Assembly: GCA_050745345.1 (NCBI GenBank)
Contig: JBOGJK010000257.1
Span: 1-32,161, forward strand
From: Thermoanaerobaculia bacterium
GTDB taxonomy: Bacteria > Acidobacteriota > Thermoanaerobaculia > UBA5066 > Gp7-AA6
DNA length: 32,161 nucleotides
Reading direction: 5' to 3'
Position numbers and translations under genes: made by a program
Shown here: positions 1 through 7,830 of the stretch, piece after piece
How the letters are laid out: every line of letters begins with the position of its first letter
Numbering within the stretch: the first letter of the stretch is position 1
Notes under the pieces: model-generated
Databases searched by the model: none
The model's input: only the letters and a program-made list of their open reading frames with translations
What the model was told of the DNA's origin: nothing

Positions 1-917
1 GGGCTGTCCGCTGTCTGGTGCGCCGCAGCAGCCGCCGCGACAACCTGGAAGGCCTCGGTGTCGAGCTCGCCGAAGGCGACCTGACCGACCCCGCTTCGCT
101 TTCCCGGGCGATGGCCGGTGTCGCGACGCTCTACCACTGCGCCGCAGACTACCGCCTGTGGGCGAGAGACCCCGGGGAGCTCTACCGGGTCAACGTCTCC
201 GGCACCGAGAACGTGCTCGCGGCCGCGGCGCAGGCCGGCGTGTCCCGGGTGGTCTACACGAGCTCGGTCGGGGCGCTGGGGCTTGGGCCCGGCGGGGCGC
301 CGGCGGACGAGAAGGCGCCAGTCTCGCGCGGTCGCATCGTGGGCGTCTACAAGAAGAGCAAGTACGATGCCGAGCGCGTGGCCGAGCGGTGGGCGGCCCG
401 GGGACTGCCCGTCGTCATCGTGAACCCTTCCACTCCCGTCGGCGAGCTCGACATCCGCCCGACGCCAACCGGGCAGATGATCGTGGACTTTCTCGACGGC
501 CGGATCCCGGCGTACGTGGACACCGGCCTGAACCTCGTGGACGTGCGCGATGTCGCCCTCGGGCACCTGCTCGCCGCCGGCAAGGGGCGCGTGGGAGAGA
601 AGTACATTCTCGGCAATCGGAACATGACCTTGAAGGAGATCCTGGAGGCGCTCGGGCGGCTGACGGGGCGCAAGGCCCCCTCGCTGCGGCTTCCCCATGC
701 GGTGCCGCTCGCGGCCGCCGCCGTCGGCACGCTGCTCGCCAACTGGACGGGCCGGCCTCCGCGGGTGTCGCTCGAGAGTGTCCGCATGTCGCGACACCGG
801 ATGTTCTTCGACGCCGGCAAGGCGGTACGGGAGCTCGGCATGCCCCAGACTCCCGTCGAGGAGGCCCTCGCGCGGGCGGTCGCCTGGTTCCGGGAGAAGG
901 GCTATGCCCGCGGCTGA
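1..917 (+). CDS. hpnA: NAD-dependent epimerase/dehydratase, hopanoid-associated sugar epimerase (HpnA-like); 5' end lies outside the window
   Basis: The frame stays open to the window edge: codons before the GTG at 18 read ..AVRCLV and continue the protein. The translation (VRRSSRRDNLEGLGVELAEGDLTDPASL, YHCAADYRLWARDP, VVYTSSVGALG, KYDAERV) fits the extended-SDR epimerase core and the HpnA pattern. The N-terminal Rossmann GxxGxxG is absent, so the gene is truncated by the window. Confidence 0.75.
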   Translation, partial: AVRCLVRRSSRRDNLEGLGVELAEGDLTDPASLSRAMAGVATLYHCAADYRLWARDPGELYRVNVSGTENVLAAAAQAGVSRVVYTSSVGALGLGPGGAPADEKAPVSRGRIVGVYKKSKYDAERVAERWAARGLPVVIVNPSTPVGELDIRPTPTGQMIVDFLDGRIPAYVDTGLNLVDVRDVALGHLLAAGKGRVGEKYILGNRNMTLKEILEALGRLTGRKAPSLRLPHAVPLAAAAVGTLLANWTGRPPRVSLESVRMSRHRMFFDAGKAVRELGMPQTPVEEALARAVAWFREKGYARG

Positions 918-1641
918 GGGGGGGCCGGTCGCCATCGTGACGGCACTCGAGGAAGAGTTCGACGCGATCACCGGTCACGCGCGCGACGTCCGTTTCGGCC
1001 GCGACCTCGTCGCGGACGCGTCGATCGGCCGGACCGAGGTCGTGATCGCGCGGACGGGAGACGGCGCGCAGAGGGCCGCCCGGGGCGCCGCGGCGCTCTG
1101 CGACGCCAGACGCCCTTCGGCCCTGATCGGCGCCGGCGTTGCCGGCGCGCTTTCGCGGGACCTGGCCATCGGAGAAATCCTGGTTTCGCGGCGGATACGG
1201 GATGCGAGGGGAGAGGCTCCCGCCTCCGACGCGCGCCTTCTCGCGCGCGCGGTGGCCTCCGGAGCGACGGAGGCGACACTGGTGACCGCGGACCGGCCGG
1301 TGACGAGCGCCTCGGGCAGGGCGGAGCTTCTCCGCTCTCTCGGCCAGCCGACACCCTCTGCGGTGGACATGGAGTCTGCGGGGTGGGCCCGCGCGGCGGC
1401 GGCGCGGGGGATCCCGTACATCGTGGTTCGTGCCGTCAGCGACGGCGCCGAGGAGGAGTTGCCGGAGTACCTGGCTCGATGCGTCGGAGAAGACGGGAGT
1501 GTCCGCCGGGCCGCGGCGCTCCTTCACGCCCTGGCGCGCCCGGCGACGATCATGACTCTGCTGCGGATGCGGAGCCGGGTCGTCGACGGCACCGGCCGGG
1601 TATCGGTGTTTCTCGAGAAGCTGCTGGACGCCGGAGCGTAG
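904..1641 (+). CDS. hpnG: Hopanoid-associated phosphorylase/nucleosidase (PNP_UDP family, HpnG-like)
   Basis: ATG at 904 is preceded by GGAGAAGG and overlaps the hpnA stop. Motifs VAIVTALEEE, GAGVAGAL, AVDMESAGWA and VVRAVSD are typical of the nucleoside phosphorylase fold. The longer ORF from 697 runs through hpnA in another frame and is not believed. Confidence 0.7.
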   Translation: MPAAEGGPVAIVTALEEEFDAITGHARDVRFGRDLVADASIGRTEVVIARTGDGAQRAARGAAALCDARRPSALIGAGVAGALSRDLAIGEILVSRRIRDARGEAPASDARLLARAVASGATEATLVTADRPVTSASGRAELLRSLGQPTPSAVDMESAGWARAAAARGIPYIVVRAVSDGAEEELPEYLARCVGEDGSVRRAAALLHALARPATIMTLLRMRSRVVDGTGRVSVFLEKLLDAGA

Positions 1642-1643
1642 GC

Positions 1644-2555
1644 GTGGCTTCGCTCGAAGATCTGCTGGAAAAGACCAGCCGCACTTTCGCGCTCTCGATC
1701 CCCGTCCTTCCCGAGCCGACCCGGCGTGAGGTGATGATCGCCTACCTGCTCTTCCGCATCGCGGACACCTTCGAGGACGCCGCGCGCTGGGAGCCTGGGA
1801 GCCGGATCGGGGCGCTTTCCGAGTTCCGGGCGCTTCTGGCCGCGTCCTCGCGGCCGCAAGCCGAGCGGCTGGCCGGCAAGTGGAGCGCCGCCGGCCCATC
1901 CGCGCATGCAGGCTACCGGGAGCTCATCGCCGAGGTCCCCTTCGTCCTCGACGCCTTCTTTGCCTTGCGCCCCGACGCGGTCGAGCCCGTGAGGGTCCAC
2001 GTGATTCGTTCGGCAGAAGGCATGGCCCGGTACGTCGCGCGCACCCGCGGGAAAGCCCTCGTCCTCTCGGACCTGCCGGACCTCAAGGCCTACTGCTATG
2101 TCGTGGCCGGGATCGTCGGGGAGATGCTGACGGAGCTCTTCCTGCTCGGGCGGCCGGGGCTGCAGGGGATCGCCCCCTTCCTGAGGGAGCGGGCCTCGAC
2201 CTTCGGTGAGGCGCTGCAGCTGGTCAACATCCTCAAGGACTCGGCCGCGGACGCCTCCGAGGGGCGCCGGTACCTGCCTCCCGACGTGCCGCGCGAGGAG
2301 GTCTTCGGGCTCGCGCGAGGCGACCTCGCGACGGCCGCCGACTACATCCGGGCTCTCCAGTCGGCGCAGGCTCCGCGGGGCCTGGTCGAGTTCACGGCCC
2401 TGCCGGTGCTGCTCGCGCGGGCGTCTCTGGATCGGATCGAGAAGCACGGGGCGGGCTCCAAGGTCAGCCGGCCGGAAGTCTTTCTGCTGACGCAGCGGCT
2501 AAAGAGGGCGCTGGACCGAAACAAACCCGCTGTACCCGAGCCGACCGGTGCTTGA
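1644..2555 (+). CDS. sqs: Squalene synthase-type head-to-head isoprenyl diphosphate synthase (farnesyl-diphosphate farnesyltransferase family)
   Basis: GTG at 1644 lies 3 nt after the hpnG stop. Motifs seen: LLEKTSRTFALSI, LLFRIADTFED (Asp-rich), YCYVVAGIVGEMLTELF and NILKDSAADASEGRRYLP. Confidence 0.75.
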   Translation: MASLEDLLEKTSRTFALSIPVLPEPTRREVMIAYLLFRIADTFEDAARWEPGSRIGALSEFRALLAASSRPQAERLAGKWSAAGPSAHAGYRELIAEVPFVLDAFFALRPDAVEPVRVHVIRSAEGMARYVARTRGKALVLSDLPDLKAYCYVVAGIVGEMLTELFLLGRPGLQGIAPFLRERASTFGEALQLVNILKDSAADASEGRRYLPPDVPREEVFGLARGDLATAADYIRALQSAQAPRGLVEFTALPVLLARASLDRIEKHGAGSKVSRPEVFLLTQRLKRALDRNKPAVPEPTGA

Positions 2556-2585
2556 GTCGCGGAGCCGGCAGACGATGGACGGCAG

Positions 2586-2837
2586 ATGGGGAGACGACGA
2601 AGGGATCACCTCTACCGTCTGCAGGCCGCGCGGGCCGACAAGGCGGCCTTGCGCGAACTGCTCCTGAGGGTCTCACCGCTCGTCGCGGCCTGCCCCGATG
2701 CACGAGAAATGGATCTAGACCCCGTGAACGTGCTCGAGAATGGGGCCTGCGTGGTGGATGCGCGCGTCCGGGGCGGCCGGCGGCCCTGCCTGCGCAGTCC
2801 CGGCGGATCGTGTACTAGTCTGTCTCGTTCGGACTAG
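2586..2837 (+). pseudogene. Possible relic of the 3' end of an ADP-forming acyl-CoA synthetase / acetate-CoA ligase family gene
   Basis: An 83-aa ORF in an otherwise non-coding 570-nt gap. The segment LRELLLRVSPLVAACPDAREMDLDPVNVLENGACVVDARV resembles the extreme C-terminus of that family (..elDlNPl......vavDARi). Nothing corresponding to the large N-terminal part is present. Confidence 0.3.
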
Positions 2838-2857
2838 GCGTTGACAGTTCGGGCTCC
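2816..2857 (+). repeat. Copy A of a conserved ~42-nt intergenic element (TAGTCTGTCT.GTTCGG.CTA...GTTGACAG)
   Basis: Matches 14104-14145 at 32 of 42 positions by manual alignment (27 of the first 32). Contains nested inverted repeats: CTAGTC/GACTAG, and CTGTC(2820-2824)/GACAG(2843-2847). Confidence 0.7.
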
Positions 2858-3127
2858 AGTGTGGTTGGGGTTCATGGGCTAGGTGAGCTGGTGCCTGTGG
2901 TCGAAAAAGCTGGGGCGGAAGAGTTGAGCCGGGAGGCAGCCGCGAAGTCAATAGCCCCCGCGGGTGCGTTCGAAGTTGTAGAAGCGGATGCTGTCGATCG
3001 TCCGGCCGGGACGTTCGGGGGCGAGCGCGTTGCTGTGCGACGGTGAGGGGCGTGACCGGGAGGAGTTCGTGACGCGGGACGACCGGGCCGGTTCGGCCAG
3101 ACGCCCACGGTTGCGGCTGGCAACCCG

Positions 3128-4441
3128 ATGAATCGGAGCTCGCATGAAGCCCGCTGGTTCTGGGTCACGCTGCTGCTCTCGAGCATCAGCATCGTGGCCG
3201 TTGTCTTCGCCGCGTGGGAGCTGGCGGAGGGCCACTTCTTCCGCGACGTCGATTACGTGACGCTCCACTACCTGTACATCAGCCGCGGCGTGGCGTCCTC
3301 GCTGCTGCTCGCCGCGTGGGCGGCGTGGTACGTGCTGCGCCAGCGTCGCCGGAGCGAGGAGGAGCTGCGCCGATCTCGGGAGCACTATCGGCACCTCCTG
3401 GAAGCCTCCCCTGGTGCCGTGGCGCTCTACGATGTCGAGCTCCGGGTCACGGAATGGAACGCCGCCGCCGAAAGGCTCTACGGGTTCACGAAGGCGGAAG
3501 TCCTCGGCCACCGGCTTCCGACGGTTCTTGCGGACAGGGAAGAGGAGCTGCAACAGTTCTTGCGGGACGCACAGGAGGGACGGCCAGTCATCGAGGTCGA
3601 GACACGTCGTCGTGACAGCCGGGGCGAAAGTCTCGAAGTGCAGCTCACTCTGCTGCCATTTCGCGAGGTGCCGGGTCTCAATCTCTTTCTCGAGGTGACG
3701 ACGGACATCCGCGAGCGCGTCCGGCTGCGGCAGCGGCTGCTGGAGATCGAGAAGCTGACGAGCATGGGCAAGATGGCGGCGGGAACCGCGCACCACCTCA
3801 ACACGCCTCTGGCCGCTATGCTCCTGCGTGTGCAGATGATGCGGGAGCGCAGCCATCACGAACTCTGCCAGCCTGACCTCGAACGGTTGGAGAGCGACAT
3901 CCTCTACTGCCAGCAGTTCGTCCGGCGGCTGCTCGAGTTCGGGCGCCGGCCCGCCGCCCGGAAGGAGCCACAACCGATCGCCGACTGCCTCGCATCGGTT
4001 GTCGGATTTCTGGCGCCGGCGCTCGATGCCAAGAGCATCCGTCTCTCCCTCGACGTCGACGCGATCGATGACGACCAAGTGCTGGCCGACCGCAACCTGC
4101 TCGAGGCTCTGTTCCTCATTCTTCTCAGCAACGCGCTCGACGCCGTCTTCGACGGCGGCGAGATTGCCGTTCGATGTGGCCGGACGGACGAGGGTCGGAT
4201 CGAGGTTCGAATCGTCGACCAGGGCTTAGGCATCGCTCCCTCGGAGCTTCCGCATGTCTTCGAGCCGTTCTACACGACCAAGGGGCCGGGCAAAGGCACC
4301 GGGCTCGGCTTGGCCATCGCACGTAACATCGTCCTCGAGCACGGCGGCTCGATCCGCATCGAGAGCGAGCCGGAGCGCGGGACCGTCGCTCGCGTCGAGC
4401 TGCCGGTCTGGGGCCCCGAGGCCGGGGGAGCCAGGCCGTGA
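3128..4441 (+). CDS. Membrane sensor histidine kinase (2 TM, cytoplasmic PAS, HisKA, HATPase_c)
   Basis: Two N-terminal hydrophobic segments separated by a ~20-aa loop. PAS-like LLEASPGAVALYDVELRVTEWNAAAERLYGFTKAEVLG. H-box MGKMAAGTAHHLNTPLAAM. N and G boxes LLSNALDA, DQGLGI and GTGLGLAIARNIVLEHGG. Confidence 0.85.
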   Translation: MNRSSHEARWFWVTLLLSSISIVAVVFAAWELAEGHFFRDVDYVTLHYLYISRGVASSLLLAAWAAWYVLRQRRRSEEELRRSREHYRHLLEASPGAVALYDVELRVTEWNAAAERLYGFTKAEVLGHRLPTVLADREEELQQFLRDAQEGRPVIEVETRRRDSRGESLEVQLTLLPFREVPGLNLFLEVTTDIRERVRLRQRLLEIEKLTSMGKMAAGTAHHLNTPLAAMLLRVQMMRERSHHELCQPDLERLESDILYCQQFVRRLLEFGRRPAARKEPQPIADCLASVVGFLAPALDAKSIRLSLDVDAIDDDQVLADRNLLEALFLILLSNALDAVFDGGEIAVRCGRTDEGRIEVRIVDQGLGIAPSELPHVFEPFYTTKGPGKGTGLGLAIARNIVLEHGGSIRIESEPERGTVARVELPVWGPEAGGARP

Positions 4442-5817
4442 GCTCATCCTTTGCGCCGCACCCCTGCGGGATCCTCGTGGTCGACGACGACGCGCGGCTT
4501 GCCGCGACCCTTCAGGAGCTGTTGGTGGGGGAGGGCTACTCGGTCGAGGTGGCTCATTCGGCAGCAGAGGCGCTGGCGATCCATGAGCGCAACCCCGGCA
4601 TCGCCGTGGCGCTCGTCGACCTGATCATGCCGGTCACCGACGGCCTGACGCTTCTGGATGAGCTGCACCGGCGCGATCCGGACCTGGCGGTCGTCGTCAT
4701 GACGGGCTACGGCACGATCGAAACCGCCGTGGAGGCGATCAAGCGGGGCGCAGAGGACTATCTCACCAAGCCGATGGACTCGCACGCCCTGCGGAAAAAG
4801 ATGGCGCGCCTGCTGGAGGTCTTCGAACTGCGGGAGCGCGTGCGGCAGCTCGAAGCCAATCTCGATCGTGCCCCGTCCTTCGAGACGATCCTCTCCGTGT
4901 CAACCGCGATGCTTCGCGCTATCGAGCACGCGAAAACCGTCGCCGCCACCGACGCCTCAGTGCTTCTCATCGGCGAGACAGGCACCGGCAAGGAGATGAT
5001 GGCTCGGGCGATCCACGCGGCCAGCCCGCGGGCAGGCAGCGCCTTCCTACCGGTCAACTGCGGCGCGATTCCGCGCGAGCTGGTGGAGAGCGAGCTGTTC
5101 GGCGTCCGCCGCGGCGCCTTTACCGGCGCCTACGCCGATGCTCCAGGCATCTTCGTCACGGCGGGCGGAGGCACGGTCTTTCTCGACGAGATCGGCGAGA
5201 TGCCGAAGGAGGCGCAGGTCAAGCTGCTGCGGGTGCTCCAGGAGGGGGAGCTGCGGCCCGTCGGCAGCGCCAAGCTCGTGCAGGTCGATGTGCGGATCGT
5301 CGCGTCGTCCAACCGTCCGCTGGCGGCGCTGCGAGACGAGCACTTGCGGCCGGACCTCTATTTCCGAATCGCCACCGTGGTGATCGAGCTGCCGCCTCTG
5401 CGAGTGCGGCCGGAGGACGTGCTCGTGCTGGCGCACACGTTCATCGGCCGGATCTCGCGCCGCACGGGCCGCGAGATCACGCTGGCCCGCTCCGCGGCGG
5501 ACCTGCTCGTCCACTCCTCGTTTCCGGGCAACGTGCGCGAGCTCGAGAACGTCCTGGAGAGCGCGGTCGCGCTCTCGCGCGACGACCCGCACGTCATCAC
5601 CGAGAAGGACCTGGGCCCCCTCCTGCGCAAGTCCGAAGGCGCCCCGCTGCCGGGCCGCTTCAGCGAGCAGCCGCTCTCTCTCGAGACCCTGGAGCGTGCG
5701 GCGATCGAGCAGGCCCTGCGCCTTTGCCGGGGTAACCGCACGCGAGCGTCCTCTCTGCTCGGCATCTCCCGCGACACGCTCCACCGAAAGCTACGCCAGT
5801 ACCATCAGGAGGGCTGA
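4438..5817 (+). CDS. Sigma-54-dependent response regulator (NtrC family: REC + AAA+ + Fis-type HTH)
   Basis: GTG at 4438 overlaps the kinase stop (GTGA). REC domain ILVVDDD...VALVDLIMP. Walker A GETGTGKE. Sigma-54 contact loop GAFTGA. ESELFG, and C-terminal HTH RTRASSLLGISRDTLHRKLRQY. Confidence 0.9.
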   Translation: MSSSFAPHPCGILVVDDDARLAATLQELLVGEGYSVEVAHSAAEALAIHERNPGIAVALVDLIMPVTDGLTLLDELHRRDPDLAVVVMTGYGTIETAVEAIKRGAEDYLTKPMDSHALRKKMARLLEVFELRERVRQLEANLDRAPSFETILSVSTAMLRAIEHAKTVAATDASVLLIGETGTGKEMMARAIHAASPRAGSAFLPVNCGAIPRELVESELFGVRRGAFTGAYADAPGIFVTAGGGTVFLDEIGEMPKEAQVKLLRVLQEGELRPVGSAKLVQVDVRIVASSNRPLAALRDEHLRPDLYFRIATVVIELPPLRVRPEDVLVLAHTFIGRISRRTGREITLARSAADLLVHSSFPGNVRELENVLESAVALSRDDPHVITEKDLGPLLRKSEGAPLPGRFSEQPLSLETLERAAIEQALRLCRGNRTRASSLLGISRDTLHRKLRQYHQEG

Positions 5818-5842
5818 GAGCCCTCCGGGCCCCCCGGGGCTC
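5818..5842 (+). terminator. Weak GC-rich hairpin after the response regulator gene
   Basis: GAGCCCT...GGGGCTC forms 6 bp plus one G-U with an 11-nt loop immediately after the TGA. The only T-run (TTTT, 5854-5857) is about 12 nt away, so this is not a canonical intrinsic terminator. Confidence 0.25.
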
Positions 5843-6001
5843 CTGCTGTCAGGTTTTCGGACGCTGGCGGTTTTTCTGACGCGACGTCTTCTTCGCCGCG
5901 CGCGCGGCCGTTCCCCGCCGCGGTCGCCGGCCGGCCCGGGACTGGTTGCCGCGAAAGGTTCTCCCGTTACGGGTGGGCGTTGGGTGCTCCAGGAAGTCGG
6001 G

Positions 6002-6017
6002 TGGCAGATGGCGTGCA
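6002..6017 (+). promoter_or_regulatory. Candidate sigma-54 (-24/-12) promoter
   Basis: TGGCAGATGGCGTGCA has GG and GC at the exact consensus spacing of TGGCACG-N4-TTGC. It lies 185 nt downstream of the NtrC-type activator gene and 26 nt upstream of the GTG at 6043, which carries an AGGAAA Shine-Dalgarno at 6030-6035. An inverted repeat GTCAG(5848-5852)-N23-CTGAC(5876-5880) about 130-150 nt upstream could be an activator site. Confidence 0.45.
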
Positions 6018-6042
6018 ACGGAGCGAGCCAGGAAACGGTTCC

Positions 6043-7287
6043 GTGTCATCGCCACAAGCAGGACCCGCCGACAGCGGCAGCGGACCTTCGGGGGCCCGGC
6101 TGTGGATCCGGGTCCTGCTGGCGCTCGCGGCGGTCGGTCTTCTGCTCGCCGTTCTGCTCTGGGAGAGAAAGCAGTCGAAGAGCCGCTGGTCGTCGCTTGT
6201 CGCCGGGAGCCCTCGGGCCGGGGCGGAACTCTTTCAAACGAAGGGCTGCGCTTCCTGCCACAGCCCCGGAGCGGGACGGGCGAGCCAGGCCCCGGATCTG
6301 GCCGCCGATGGGTCGGGGCGTTCGGGGCCGGACCGACTGGTCACCGTGATGTGGAACCACGCTCCCCAGATGTGGGAGCGGATGCAAATGCAGAAGATCG
6401 TTCAGCCCGCTTTCAGCGAGCGGGAGATGGCCGACCTCCTCTCCTACGTCTACACGCTCCGATACGTCGGAGAGCCCGGCAACGCCGAACGGGGTCAGAG
6501 CCTCTTCGTCGAGAAGGGCTGCGTCGCCTGCCACCGCGTGCAGAGCGGAGGGGATCGCGCCCCCAAGGACGTCATCGTCCTCGACGCGATGATGACCGCT
6601 GTCGGCTGGGCGACGGCGATGTGGAACCACCCGGGCGCCAGCGACGCCGAACGGCCTCGCTTCGAAGGCCGCGAGATGAACGACATCTTGAGCTACGTCC
6701 GGGGCGGAGGGGCAGCCCCCAGGCTGGATGAGGACCTGCTGCGGGCGGATTTTGGACGCGGCTGGCAGGTCTTTCGGGACAAGTCGTGCGCCGCCTGCCA
6801 CTCGGTCAAGGACGAGGCCGGGCGCGTCGGTCCGGAGCTCGGGCCGGGCCGCCAGCTCCCGGCCACCATGCTCGAGCTTGCCGGCTCCATGTGGAACCAC
6901 TCCCCGGCGATGTTGCGGCAGATGGAGCATCTGCGCGTCGCGCGCGCCATCTTCCGCAAGCAGGAGATGGCCGACCTGCTCGCGTTTCTCTACAGCTTCC
7001 GCTACGCCGAGCCGGGAGGTTCCCCGAAGGTCGGCGAGGTGCTCTTCGCGGGTCGCAGTTGCAGCCACTGCCACGGGCGACGCGCACAGGGCACTCCTCA
7101 GGCACCGGGGCTTCGCGGGCGAGGCAGGAACTACACGGCGGTGACGATGGCGACGGCCCTCTGGCGGCACGGCCCCGCGATGTACCGGCGTGCCCAGGAT
7201 CTCGGCATGTCGTGGCCGCTTTTGGCCGAGAACGACGTCGGGGATCTGATCACTTTCCTGAACACGTCGCCGGAGGACGAGCGATGA
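6043..7287 (+). CDS. Membrane-anchored cytochrome c built from four tandem ~90-aa monoheme domains
   Basis: Four CxxCH motifs (CASCH, CVACH, CAACH, CSHCH), each followed about 35-40 residues later by MWNH or LWRH. The W codons sit at 6352, 6622, 6892 and 7162, exactly 270 nt apart. One N-terminal TM helix (LWIRVLLALAAVGLLLAVLLW). Start chosen at GTG 6043 because of the SD; the ORF is open from TTG 5980. Confidence 0.8.
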   Translation: MSSPQAGPADSGSGPSGARLWIRVLLALAAVGLLLAVLLWERKQSKSRWSSLVAGSPRAGAELFQTKGCASCHSPGAGRASQAPDLAADGSGRSGPDRLVTVMWNHAPQMWERMQMQKIVQPAFSEREMADLLSYVYTLRYVGEPGNAERGQSLFVEKGCVACHRVQSGGDRAPKDVIVLDAMMTAVGWATAMWNHPGASDAERPRFEGREMNDILSYVRGGGAAPRLDEDLLRADFGRGWQVFRDKSCAACHSVKDEAGRVGPELGPGRQLPATMLELAGSMWNHSPAMLRQMEHLRVARAIFRKQEMADLLAFLYSFRYAEPGGSPKVGEVLFAGRSCSHCHGRRAQGTPQAPGLRGRGRNYTAVTMATALWRHGPAMYRRAQDLGMSWPLLAENDVGDLITFLNTSPEDER

Positions 7288-7811
7288 CCGAGAAGCGCGC
7301 TCGATGGGTGGCGCCCGCTCTCGGCGTTCTGGTTCCCTTCATGATCACCGCGGCGGTGGTCGCCTTGCTTCCCTACCACGGGCCGACGAAGCCGGTCCGC
7401 CAGCCGATCGCCTTCAACCACCGCAAACACGTCGAGGAGGCCTCGCTGTCCTGTTCGACCTGCCACCAGTTCTACGAGACGGAGGCCTTCTCCGGGCTTC
7501 CGGCTGCCGACGTCTGCGCGGTCTGCCACCTCGAGCCCCAGGGCAAGAGCGCCGAGGAGCGCGAGCTTGTCCGGCTCTTGAAGGCGGGCACGCCGCTCGA
7601 CTGGAAGCCGCTCTTCCGCCAGCCGTCGCACGTGTACTCCTCGCATCGGCGCCACGTCGTGGTGGCCAAGCTCGACTGCCCGGTCTGCCACGGAGAGATC
7701 GGAAAGAGCAGGGAGCCGCCGTCGCGGGTGCGGCGCCTGGTCATGGAGGACTGCCTCGACTGCCACCGCCGCCGTGGCGTGTCGGCGGAATGCACGACGT
7801 GTCATCGATGA
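7284..7811 (+). CDS. Membrane-anchored pentaheme cytochrome c (c3/c7 class III type; ActA/QrcA-like position)
   Basis: ATG at 7284 overlaps the upstream stop (ATGA). N-terminal TM helix VAPALGVLVPFMITAAVVALL. Five CxxCH motifs (CSTCH, CAVCH, CPVCH, CLDCH, CTTCH) in 175 aa, plus IAFNHRKH. Confidence 0.8.
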   Translation: MTEKRARWVAPALGVLVPFMITAAVVALLPYHGPTKPVRQPIAFNHRKHVEEASLSCSTCHQFYETEAFSGLPAADVCAVCHLEPQGKSAEERELVRLLKAGTPLDWKPLFRQPSHVYSSHRRHVVVAKLDCPVCHGEIGKSREPPSRVRRLVMEDCLDCHRRRGVSAECTTCHR

Positions 7812-7830
7812 GCGACTTGTGGAGCGTGTG

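Noticed and set aside
2841-2846. TTGACA within the repeated 42-nt element as a -35 box (also at 14129-14134)
   Set aside because: No acceptable -10 hexamer lies 16-19 nt downstream in either copy. The conservation is better explained by the inverted-repeat structure.
3109-3125. Hairpin GGTTGC-ggctg-GCAACC immediately before the kinase start, considered as a terminator or riboregulator
   Set aside because: It is only 6 bp, has no T tract and appears in a single copy. Its main implication is that the kinase lacks an obvious Shine-Dalgarno sequence, which leaves the start codon slightly uncertain.
2948-4078. 376-aa ORF on the minus strand
   Set aside because: It is antisense to the histidine kinase, whose PAS, H-box and G-box motifs clearly identify the + strand as coding.
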